32,000 nucleotides of DNA from the NCBI RefSeq assembly GCF_000400465.1, contig NW_008806292.1, forward strand, positions 150,001 through 182,000, written 5' to 3'. Shown one piece after another: positions 11,201 through 20,927 of this stretch. Position numbers and translations under genes: made by a program. This DNA comes from Wallemia ichthyophaga EXF-994 (lineage: Eukaryota; Fungi; Basidiomycota). A model generated the notes under the pieces. It made no database searches. It was not told the origin of the DNA and saw only the letters and a list, made by a program, of their open reading frames with translations. Position 1 is the stretch's first letter; each line of letters starts with the position of its first letter.

Positions 11201-12212
11201 GAGTTGTTACTCCTGTGGTTTCTATGTTGGTGCTTGACGAATGAGATTTTGACTTTGACTTGGACTTGGATCTCCGCCGCGTTTTGCCACTTTCCCCCCC
11301 TACTTCTGCATCTACATCCCTCACCCTAGGCACGTCGTAGTACTCACAGCTGAACGCACCAATGACCAACACACCCCTCTTCCCACCGCAAACAGAAACG
11401 AGGAGGGAGGCGGTAGGGCAGGATGTTCTAATAAGGTGGCTGGTTAGCAATTATGAAATGATCATATCGGCGACATGCACCCACTCTATGCGCAGCTTGG
11501 GCGGGGACACGTCTACGCCATCGCCTTCCTGGTTGAGACACTCCACGACAATAACGGGGTTGGGAGCATCGGGTGCTCTCACCAATCTGCACAGCGTCGC
11601 TCTGTCGCCCTCCTCGACGGCCAGGAAAGCCATTGCGAGGGTGACAGACCAGTCGATTTGGGTGGTGCGTCCGTCGATGATGTGCCTCGAGTGGGTCTGG
11701 TCGTAGGAGAGTCTAAACGCGTGCAGCTGCCCCTGCCACAGATGGCTCAGGCCTGTTTGGGAAGAGTGGTCGACTAGTGTGTTGCAGTATTCGTGGCTGG
11801 GGGATGTACCCGTGCCAGTGGTAGTGGTACTGGAAGAGGCACCGTGCGTGAGCATCTTGAGGCATTCGGTTTTGTGCTCTAGCCCACAGTCACCCTCCCA
11901 CACTCGCAACACTACTAGCTGCGCTGAAGGATGGTCGAGTGTAAGTAGGAGCACATCGTGCGCCTCGCCACCGATTCGCAACCTGTCTATGCCGAGAATG
12001 CGGCCGTTTACATCGATACTGCCAAGTAACGTGAGTGCTAGAAGGCCATCACGCCCATCTCGCCCATCTCTAGCCGTGTACAAATGTAGCTGGGTGGTGG
12101 ACGCAGCGACGAGGACGTTGAGTGCATGTGAATGTGGGATGCATGATTCAATTACGCAAAGAATACTCCCAGAAATACAGTTAGATTTGGTAATTGATTT
12201 GCGCAACATCAT
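8289..12212 (-). CDS. DDB1: DNA damage-binding protein 1 (DDB1, CPSF160/DDB1/SAP130 family), highly divergent, 3 exons
   Basis: Introns 11428-11484 and 10141-10218 restore the frame. DDB1-like blocks VVGDARGDLYYL, LGTTSVASTLQHLGNGCFYVGSQCEDS, FTNLAPVSDL, VVTCSGANKSGKLRVVSTGVGV, VVADFLKS, IDGDLI. Confidence 0.8.
10236..10312 (-). repeat. Imperfect (AACGAT)n hexamer repeat encoding an Asn/Asp-rich insertion in DDB1
   Basis: atcgttatcgttatcattatcgctgtcgttatcgtc... on the + strand; translates NNNDNDN...DNDSDNDNDND. Confidence 0.8.
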
Positions 12213-12248
12213 GGTGATGGTAATGAATCAAGAGGCATTTATAGTAAT

Positions 12249-13745
12249 TTACAGAAGCACCTGACTGGCAGCGCTAGTTGAGAGAGATTTATTAGGCAGA
12301 ACTATGCAGCTGCGTATGAGTACATCGCGCGTAACGAGTACGTCACAGGCCAGGATACAGATGCCAGATTGGGTTGGTGCGCTCTCATCACCCGTGAAGG
12401 GCTGTCCTTCAACGCGGGCCCAGGGTGCCAACCTGCATCGTGCACCGATAATAGCGTAGAGGATACAACAGTGGGGCTGTGTGGTGATGAGTGAGATGAT
12501 TGAGACACCAAATAGAACACAAGACTTACCTCGATTATCGTATTCTCTTGCACTACCGCATGTGCAACTCTAGCACCCTCTTTCACGACGACATTCGCTG
12601 CAATGGACACGAATGGACCTATTTTGCATCCCCGGGCGATATGAGCGGATGGCTAGAGTATAACGTATGAGTGAGTGGTTCAAGCCATATGAACAGCACA
12701 TATACGCACATCTATCGTCACTGGCTGGACAATTTCAGTTTCACTATCTTTTTCACTTGCGTCATCCAGAGCACCCCGTTGATAGAGCAAAATCCCCTGC
12801 TTAGCCTGATACTGAGCCAAATAGAGTTCATTAGCGGGTAAAGCAGATCCTGCGCTTTTAATGGGTCTCCATGGCACATCAGTCTCGAAGACGTACATTT
12901 TGTGAGCATCAGCCATCGGCCGTATGACATCCTGTTCGAGGCGGAGGATATGCTCATCGAAGCCAATTTCCTGCTGGGGGATGTTTGAGGAATAGTGGCA
13001 GTCGATTATAGCCGCTATTTCATCGAAAAGAGTGACATCGAAGAGATAAACCCCCGTACTAACCAAATCAGAAACGAAACTGTCGGGCTTCTCCGCATAA
13101 TGAATGGCCAAAGCCTTGTCGTCACTGACTATACAGCCATATTTGTGGGCGCTGCTTCTGGACACACGCGTCGCCTGTATTGAGCCTACACCCTGGTGAG
13201 TTTCGTGGAACGCGCGCAGCTGGTTGAGGGGAAAGTCACAGGCGATGTCGCTGTGGATGATAAAGAAAGCAGTAGCGTTGTGCGTGATGAGGTCTCTGAA
13301 ATGATACGTTCCTGGGAGTTGAGTGATGAGAATGTGGGGAAGAAAGCAGGCAGACAAACTAACCACCTGCAGTACCCAATTCCTGCCACTCCCTGAGATA
13401 TTTTACAGTGAAACAACCGTTAAATTCTTCATTTGCTTGGTTTATAAACGCAGTGAAAGTATCCTCGGGCCAGAAACCGATGAGAAACACCTCAGTGCAG
13501 TGAGGAACTTGGGAAAGAGAGTGAAGCTGGTGCCAGATCATTGGTTTACCGCCGAGTGGGAAGAGTGGCTGGTGTTTCCGTTGGTAAGTGGCACAAATTG
13601 GGCAAGTGACCCACCTTGGGCATATCAGCAGCCAAATTGAGTGGCCTGAACGAAGTACCTCTGCTTGGGCCACCAGTGAGAATCTAATGGAAATGAGTGT
13701 TTAACCGTCAGCCACTCCACCACCCACAACAGCCTTTACAACCAT
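12249..13745 (-). CDS. Mannose-1-phosphate guanylyltransferase alpha-like (GMPPA/Psa2 type), 6 exons
   Basis: Introns 13684-13727, 13569-13614, 13312-13363, 12653-12709 and 12477-12529 give MVVKAVILTGGPSRGTSFRPL..PKPLFPLGGKPMIWH, LGTAGG, YAEKP, left-handed beta-helix repeats and an IVLPNKSL..QVLL end. Confidence 0.88.
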
Positions 13746-13776
13746 GGCAGTGTCCGTTGAACCCATACCACCATCA
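13746..13776. promoter_or_regulatory. Putative bidirectional promoter spacer, GMPPA-like/Vip1-like (31 bp)
   Basis: Position between divergent ATGs; no functional data. Confidence 0.45.
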
Positions 13777-14583
13777 ATGGCTTCAATTTTAGTCACCAAA
13801 ATAGCCACAGGCACCACCGACGAACAAATTGTTAAATTCTTCTCTTTCTGTGGTAAAGTCAAGGCGTCCTCCTTTGAACAGGACACCACCCACAGGACCG
13901 CATATATCGAATTTGAGAGGGAATCTGCTGCACGCACCGCTCTCCTTCTCAACGGCGGTAATCTTGAGGGCTCTCTTATTGAAGTTAGTTCCAACGACGT
14001 CGACAATGGCGTTGCTGGGCCTCCTCCTGGCTCCACTGCAAACACTACCACACACTCTCCTCCACCCTCTACTGAGCACGTTGTCCAAGAAGATAAACCA
14101 CGCACTGCCATTCTTGCTCAATACCTCGCCCACGGCTACCACATCGGAGACGAAGCCATCCAGAAAGCCATCGATCTCGATTCAAAGCACGGCATTTCTA
14201 ACAGATTCATTACCTACCTCCACCAATTCGACGAGGGTGCCGGTAAGCGCACGGGCAACGCCGACCTCCCCCTATCGTCGCAGCTCTACGAGAAAGCACA
14301 GGGTCTATTCGGCAAGGCGAAGGAAATTGACACGCAGAAGGGCATCTCAGAAAAGAGCACTGGTTGGTTCGGTCCTTACTACCAGAAAGCCCTCAATTCC
14401 CCCTACGCGGCTAAGGTGCAGTCCTTCTACACTAACGCTCATAAGCAGGTTTTAGACGTACACGAGGAAGCTCTGCGTATTGCTGCGCAAAAGAAGGATA
14501 CCTTTGTCAATAACGGCGGCGATGTTAACGCTACTTCTATCGCTAAAGCCCCGGCTGATACTGATGAGAAGAAGCCGGCGTAG
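13777..14583 (+). CDS. Vip1-like RRM protein (an in-frame upstream ATG exists at 13744)
   Basis: N-terminal RRM with FFSFCGKV and TAYIEFERESAARTALLLNGG; EDKPRTAILAQYLAHGYHIGD block characteristic of fungal Vip1 homologues. Confidence 0.85.
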   Translation: MASILVTKIATGTTDEQIVKFFSFCGKVKASSFEQDTTHRTAYIEFERESAARTALLLNGGNLEGSLIEVSSNDVDNGVAGPPPGSTANTTTHSPPPSTEHVVQEDKPRTAILAQYLAHGYHIGDEAIQKAIDLDSKHGISNRFITYLHQFDEGAGKRTGNADLPLSSQLYEKAQGLFGKAKEIDTQKGISEKSTGWFGPYYQKALNSPYAAKVQSFYTNAHKQVLDVHEEALRIAAQKKDTFVNNGGDVNATSIAKAPADTDEKKPA

Positions 14584-14715
14584 ACTGGCACATTTAGTAT
14601 GAAATAACGACCATCACAATCATCACGTGTATTCAATTCGATTCATTTCTAATCATGTTAATTTCTTACGGGTCTTTAACGAGGCTTTCTGGCAAAGTGA
14701 CTCATGTCACATGTC

Positions 14716-15609
14716 TCACTCAGTTAGTGAAAATTTACCCCCTTTCTCATCCCACCCTGCTTTCTCGTACATATCAAGCAAACGCAGCCACATGTGGCGA
14801 CCAGGCCCGTCCCCAAAGGAAGGCTCTTTCATCCACTCCAAGCCATGCTGGAGTACGCCCACAGCGCGTTCAGAGCCGCCATTCGCGTCCCCGAATGATC
14901 CGTGGAGGGTAGCGCGCGCGGGAGCGGGAGGGGACTGAGGATAAGCAGCGCAATGGAGGATGTTAGCGTTATAGAAAAGAATCTGGCCGGCCTTCAAGTG
15001 TACCTGCTTGGCGTGAGGCATGAGTGCGGGGTTGGTAGTTGGGAGGGTGTTGCAGCTGAGCTCTCTCTGGATATGATTCCGCACCTGTCTATGTGAGCCC
15101 GGCACAACCCATAAACAACCATCGTCATAGAGTGGTGCGTTGAACTGGATGCCGTAGTGTGGCACACGTAGCGCCTGCTCCTCCGCCTCCGCTTCGATAG
15201 CGTGGTTCACGTGATCCCTGTGCCAGCTGAGGTTGAAAGACGTTTTCGCAGGCAGGATGAGCATATTGAAAAGCTCCATTTGGAGAGCTCCCTCATCGCA
15301 TCCAATTAGCCCCGCTGCCAGCGCTGTGAGGCGGGTGTTGGCGTAGAACGCACGAAATTGCGGCAGACGCAGCTAGGGATGCATCAGGTGCTGCACTCCC
15401 CAACTATCAGGAGTATCCGCGTCACTCCATGGCGGGAACTGCTTGCCCACTACGCGCCTATGTGGCCAGCGGTGACTGCGTGTGAGCTGTTCTGCTGCCG
15501 CTGCCGCTTCTCTGAGCTGGGACAGCTCATCGCCTTGTATAAACCCATCTATCACCACATATCCCGTGCTGTCTAATTCTCGTTTGTGCGCTGCGTTCAT
15601 CTCGCTCAT
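14716..15609 (-). pseudogene. Phytanoyl-CoA dioxygenase (PhyH)-like Fe(II)/2-oxoglutarate oxygenase interrupted by one in-frame TAG at 15373-15375
   Basis: GYVVIDG, RRVVGKQFPPW, WGVQHLMHP*L, QMELFNMLI, WHRD (HxD), CLWVVPGSHR and distal His in ILHCAAY, all in one frame across the TAG. Pseudogene status is unproven (see findings). Confidence 0.65.
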
Positions 15610-15638
15610 CTTGCTCGCTTCACAACGGTCAAGAGCAT
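15610..15638. promoter_or_regulatory. Putative bidirectional promoter spacer, PhyH-like/COX18 (29 bp)
   Basis: Position between divergent ATGs; contains TCAAGAG. Confidence 0.45.
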
Positions 15639-16709
15639 ATGATAAGACGCAGTCTGGCACACCCGATAAGCGCGGGCAAGCACGTGCAGACGTGCGCGCA
15701 CATGCGTATCTACCAGGGCATACCCGGGCATACAAGTGTACGGCCGCGGACCCGGGCTTTCGCCGCGCTAGCGCAGCCTTTCCTGGAGCTACCGAGTCAC
15801 TTGCCGTGGGGCGCGTCGTATGCGGGTGTGATAGTGGCATGTTCGCTCGCCCTGCGCGCCACCATCACTCTCCCTCTATCAATCTGGCAGCGTCGGCGCA
15901 CAGCGCGGCTAGAGCACCGCGTGAAGCCAGCGCTGGACGTGTGGGCGATTGAGCAGAAAGGGGTGTGTCGGCGCGAATGTCGTGCGGCGGGGCTGAGCTA
16001 TGATGCGTATACGAAGGAGTGGACTCGACGCTACAAGCGACAGCGCAGGGCACTCGCACAGATGCACAACTGCTCAGTCCTTCCAACCGTTCTTCTCCCG
16101 CCTCTCATAGGCATACCAGTGTTTATTGCCGTGTCTAACACCCTCCGCGTGGCCTCAGCTGTGGCTTTGACTCAGCCGCACACTGCAGACGGTGGCCATG
16201 GCCTCGCGGAGGAATCGCTTTCCCTTCCTTTCTTGGATTATCCCTCGCTCGCCCTCCCAGCAACTGACCCCACCGTCGCGCTCATGATCGGTGCGGCGTT
16301 CCTCACCAATACGGAAATCACGACCAATTTGCGCAGAAAATTGCTAGAGATACGCACCCCGCCATCTAATACGGGTGTCGAGGATGAGCAGAAGGATAGC
16401 GCGCAGACGCCGCAAGAAAATAACACACGTATGGATATGGGTGTGCACGAGAAGGGCGTCACTATCCTCCTGCGCAGTCTCTCACTCGGCATGAGCTGGT
16501 TTGCACTCAGCATACCCCTCTCCCTCGCTCTTTATTGGCTCACGAGTGCCGTCTTCTCCGTCGGCCAGACTACCATTCTTGGCATGTTGGCCAATCGCGA
16601 CGCGAGAAATCACGTAAAAAATGATATAGAACTGCTACGTGATCACAGAGTGCAGCAGTATAGACTCGCGGAACAGAAGGCGAACTTGGCTAAATCTAGA
16701 AGACGTTAA
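15639..16709 (+). CDS. COX18: Mitochondrial inner membrane insertase COX18/OXA2 (YidC/Oxa1 family)
   Basis: Arg-rich presequence-like N-terminus, ALRATITLPLSIWQRRR, PPLIGIPVFI, LSLALYWLTSAVFSVGQT; no long basic Oxa1-type C-terminal tail. Confidence 0.75.
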   Translation: MIRRSLAHPISAGKHVQTCAHMRIYQGIPGHTSVRPRTRAFAALAQPFLELPSHLPWGASYAGVIVACSLALRATITLPLSIWQRRRTARLEHRVKPALDVWAIEQKGVCRRECRAAGLSYDAYTKEWTRRYKRQRRALAQMHNCSVLPTVLLPPLIGIPVFIAVSNTLRVASAVALTQPHTADGGHGLAEESLSLPFLDYPSLALPATDPTVALMIGAAFLTNTEITTNLRRKLLEIRTPPSNTGVEDEQKDSAQTPQENNTRMDMGVHEKGVTILLRSLSLGMSWFALSIPLSLALYWLTSAVFSVGQTTILGMLANRDARNHVKNDIELLRDHRVQQYRLAEQKANLAKSRRR

Positions 16710-16949
16710 GATGTTAATGTGAGTTTGTAGTAGCACACTCACACCACAACTACAACCCGCAAATGATGATACGTAGGATATTGCATACACCCCTTGTCTT
16801 ACAGCTCGTGGGCGTAAGTGTAAACTCAAAACTTGATCTAATCTGATGGCATGGGTGTGGGTTGAGTGTGGAGGATGTAGCTGGCGATTTAGCTAACGAT
16901 ACAACTGCAGGAGAAGCATACAAATAAAATCAATACATTAGACTATAGA

Positions 16950-17915
16950 TTACTTGACTCTCTCCCCACGCATGCGCCTATCCTGTGTCTTTGTTTTGTC
17001 TTCCTTGTGCATCCATTTGAGCAGAGATGACGACAAACTAGCTACGCCCTGATATTGTCAGCAAGGAGGATGCCGAGTAAGACATACACACAATGTACCA
17101 CACGAGAGAAGGTATGGTATCGAGAAGAGAATGCAAGTAGAGTGAGAAGCGTGTGTAAATGTCCATATAGAATGCGCTGTGTGGTTTTAGTGATTTTTTT
17201 TGCTTACGCTCAAGCACCTACTAGTCGCCATTGTAGCTCAGCCGCCCACTCCACACAGGCAGCTTCTTGTACTCGCTGTCCACGAGCAGCTTGCGCATGC
17301 TGGCTGTGTTCGGTGGGATCTGGTACGGCGACACAAACCGCAACGTCTGTCCTTTATCCTGTGCCAAGACATACACGGGTACTTGGAACAGCAGCCAGCG
17401 TGTGCTCATCTGTCTGATATCGCTGTCGTCTGGATAATGACAGCGTAAGCGTGTTATTCGTTCGACCAAGCACCCCGCCACGCACATTCTGCTCGACCCA
17501 CCCGAACACCACTCACATCTTTCAACTCGTCGGCAAGATCGTTGAGAGATTGTTTGAGGAGGCGCTCGAATTCGTCGTGTTTGCCTGTTGTTATGAGTAC
17601 AAACCAGAGCATTTCCTCGTCGTGGTCGCCATCGTCGCTGTCGTCGCTGCCACTGCGGTTACCACCCTCCACTAATGACTACATTCACGCAATCGTCATT
17701 ACAGCTATATGATAACAATTAAGAGAAAATCCCACCTTCCAGCGCTCGTCGTTAAGTGCTGTCGCATGCACACTCAACGTATTCTGCTCAGAGGCTTTCT
17801 GTGTGATATTCACCCCAGTCACCATCCCAATCATGTCCTCAAATAGCCCGCCCAAAGCCGAGGTGAAGAAGCAGCAGATTGATAACGCCGCGTAAATGAC
17901 GTTGCTTGTGCGCAT
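16950..17915 (-). CDS. Signal-peptide-bearing thioredoxin-like membrane protein without CXXC (basidiomycete conserved hypothetical), 5 exons
   Basis: Introns 17679-17735, 17430-17485, 17177-17221 and 17042-17087 give one ORF: signal peptide, GRAEYDSDIRQMSTRWLLFQVPVYV..TLRF, hydrophobic C-terminal helix and basic tail. Confidence 0.6.
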
Positions 17916-17982
17916 AGTTGGGTGTGTGAGTGAATTTTCTGAATAATCTAAGTAATCTGAATAAATTATAAAATTTACAAAT

Positions 17983-19153
17983 CTAATCAAACGTTATCTT
18001 GTTTCCTGCTGCTGGCTGGTTGATTGCACCACTGGCCTTATCTGAACGCTGTGCATTAGCAAGCGCGGCACCAGGTTTAGCACGTTTTGGTGGTTTGCTT
18101 GAGTCATCTTGACGCTCCCTACCACCACCTTCCTTCTCACTCTCTTTGTCAAACTTGCGCTTCTTCTGCTCGCTTCTATCCTGGCCAAACTGCACCTTCA
18201 ATTCACGGCCGTACATCTTGTGGTTGTGAGACTCGCAAAGTGCAGAAGTGGCTTGTGAAGTGTTCTTGAAATCAATGAAACACCAACCTTTGCATTTTCC
18301 GCTGTCTGGGAATGTACCAAGACGGACTCTCTTGATGCCAACGTCCAGCTTATCATCGGCGCCTGCTTTGTTCTGCTCAATCTGACGCTTGTGGTGTTTC
18401 TCCGCGTTGCTGACTAGCCAATTTTTGATCGATTCCTGTGTTGTATCGAAGGACAAATTACCAAAGAAAAGCGTTGGATTTGGCTTGTTTTGTTGGCTGC
18501 TGAGAATTTTCCTACTAAACTTGGACAGATCCTTCTCGTCTGCGATTCCTTCAGGCAGCTGGGGCTTTGGTCTGCCTTCAAAGTTGCTAGACGACTTAAT
18601 CAACAGCTTCCTGCCATCGAGGTTGTTCTCAGATTGCGCTATAACCTTGTGCATGATATCCTCCGTCGACAGATCCACATAGGCGAACCCTTTGTTGTGC
18701 TCATGGGCTTGGTGACCCTTGGGCATATTTATTCTAGTGATAACGTCCTCAGATTCGCCGATATTGTTTGCAATCCACTCGAAAAGCCGCTCTCTCGTTG
18801 TTTTGAAGGATAAATTGCCAATCCACACACCCCAGTGAGATCTCTTTTCTTTCTCTGGTGCTGGTCCACTAGCCTCAGTTTTGGCTGTCGACTCTGTCTT
18901 CTCTTGGTCGTCAGCGCCGGCGTTCTTCTCAGCCATGGCAGCTTCTCTACGCTGCTTTCTTCTCTCTTTATGACCTGTACTGGATGTGAGATGGATTAAT
19001 TACAGATATACTCCACCCACTCAACGCCTTCTCTTCTTCTGGCTGTGGATGCTCACTGTCCCCAGCTTGAGCCTGCACTTGCTGAGTATTCACCTCCTCA
19101 TGCACCTCACTCCCGCTATCGCTCTCACTGCCGCTGCTGCTGCTGCTGCTCAT
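17983..19153 (-). CDS. Nucleolar two-RRM protein, NOP13/RBM34-like, 2 exons
   Basis: Intron 18975-19020 joins a Ser-rich N-terminus (ALSHKERRKQRR) to RRM1 (VWIGNLSF, KGFAYVD) and RRM2 (LFFGNLSF, KGWCFIDF); KITFD C-terminus. Confidence 0.85.
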
Positions 19154-19191
19154 CGCTCGTCTCTCTTGATAGCTAACGACCAACCCGTAAA
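19154..19191. promoter_or_regulatory. Putative bidirectional promoter spacer, NOP13-like/NCBP3-like (38 bp)
   Basis: Position between divergent ATGs; contains CTCTTGA and CGACCAAC. Confidence 0.45.
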
Positions 19192-20225
19192 ATGTCAAAC
19201 GACGACAACAAATACAAAAACAAATTACTCTCAAGGATTCAATTCGGTGGCCGCGTGTACAAATTGCAGGATGCAGACCTCGACAATATACAATCGTTTG
19301 ATAGAGACAAAGATAGAGATATAGATACAGACTCGTTACAAGTCAGTTAGTCTCGTCTGATCACGCAGCCCTTCTAATCTCCAGCTAGGTGGATGAGCAG
19401 ACGCGGGAGAGACGGGCGAACAAATTCGGTGCTGTTGAGATGGACCGTGACGATACAAAGACAGAGCAGGCTGGGAAACTGGAGCACCCTGAGCAATTAG
19501 ACGACTCACACGATACTCACGATCCAGACGCTAGACCAGATGCCACCGTCAGACCTTATTCTCTCTTCCTCAGCGGCGACATCGTTGGTAAACTGTCGAC
19601 TCAGCAATTGCTAGCGTACGCAACTGAGTTCTGTGAACCTCCTCCATATGGTATGGAATGGATTGATGATCACCGTTGTGTGTTTCTCTGGCACGAATCA
19701 CACGACTTCAGACAAGCTTGGAAGGGTTTGCTCCTTGATCCTCCAGAAAGAGGTCTCCCCAGACACGGTCAGGATGACTTCTTTAATCTCCTCCCTGCTA
19801 GAAATGTCCCCTCCACTCTCAGCAGAATAGACCCCATCGACGATGCCGTACAGATACGCATTCGTCCGGCTACCACTGGTGACGTCAAGAAGAAAACTCA
19901 GTACAGAAATTCAAGATGGTATGATAATCACGGTAGACGCGCTGGTAAAATTGGTGAATCGCCTCCACGAGTAGACTCAAGTAGACGCGAAATGAGCCCG
20001 GAAAGATGGGAAAACGATAAAGCGGATTTGGACGCAGAGTTGGATGGCATCAGCACAGGTCGGTATCGCGACTATTCGCCTCCACGCAGCAAGTCGAGTA
20101 GGTCAAGGGGAGGAGCGCGGGGTAGAGACAGGGGTAGATCTGGTCGTGATCGGGAAGCTAGACGACCACTCGCCAATGCAGATGATCTTGATAAAGAACT
20201 TGAAGACTACGTGTCTAATAGGTGA
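19192..20225 (+). CDS. NCBP3-like (DUF2414) RNA-binding protein, 2 exons
   Basis: Intron 19342-19388; LSTQQLLAY..MEWIDDHRCVFLW motif; Arg/Gly-rich tail and DDLDKELEDY (Chtop/Yra1-like C-terminal box). Confidence 0.7.
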
Positions 20226-20259
20226 TGACTGAATAAATAATACATGTACAAACTGATAT

Positions 20260-20900
20260 CTACACAAACGTGCCACTGTTCACGACTAGAAATTCATCCG
20301 CATATTTTGCGAACACCTTTCCTCGAAGTAGTGGTAGAGCAACAGGACCATAGCTCCTACTATCGCGTGAGTTGGTAAGGTTATCGCCAGCCAACCAGAC
20401 GTGATTCTTGGGTACTTGTATGTACTGGCTGTCTGGGTCATCTAGGTCAATAAAAAGGGGGTCTCTGAGAATAGTATCGCCTGGAAAGCCAATCAAACGT
20501 TTACATACGCTCTTGTCAGGCTGGTCGGGAGTGAGAGCAACGACTAGATCACCGCGCCTGACTCCGCTACCATACTCTCTCCTCAAAAGATCGATAGCGC
20601 TTTTACTTGCCACTTTAACCAGATTCTGCTCATCATTCTGCAACCCCTTTTTGATTGACATTGGCTCATGGAGGAGCCACGCGCCTGACGACTCGATTGT
20701 CGGTATCATTGATATCCCATAACTAAGTTGCATATCGGCGACATGCATTCTGAATATTTCCGCTCCGCACCATATCTTTTCATCATCAGCGTCTTCTCTG
20801 TTGAGGGGGCAGCGGTGAGGCTTACTTGGATAGTCAGCAGCGAAGACCGCCACGCTATTCTGGAAACCTGCTGGCGATTGCGCCACACAGAGCGCAACAT
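20260..20900 (-). CDS. IMP1: Mitochondrial inner membrane peptidase subunit 1 (S26), 2 exons
   Basis: Intron 20776-20825; catalytic GISMIPT and CKRLIGFPGD; HVWLAGDNLTNSRDSRSYGP is Imp1-like rather than Imp2-like. Confidence 0.82.
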
Positions 20901-20927
20901 GTTCTTGAGTGAGTGCGACCAACAGTC
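20901..20927. promoter_or_regulatory. Putative bidirectional promoter spacer, IMP1/COX20 (27 bp)
   Basis: Position between divergent ATGs; contains TTCTTGA and CGACCAAC. Confidence 0.45.

Noticed and set aside
11451-11453. Apparent in-frame stop splitting DDB1
   Set aside because: Removed by a 57-nt intron (11428-11484, GTGGGT..GCTAAC..TAG) that keeps the frame
8001-12264. Numerous 60-160 aa ORFs on both strands over DDB1 and ERG4
   Set aside because: Shadow ORFs of GC-rich, low-complexity coding sequence; no recognisable domains
17042-17094. Apparent need for a non-canonical splice site in the last intron of the thioredoxin-like gene
   Set aside because: Canonical GTATGT donor (17087) with the TAG acceptor at 17042 gives a normal 46-nt intron and an open last exon
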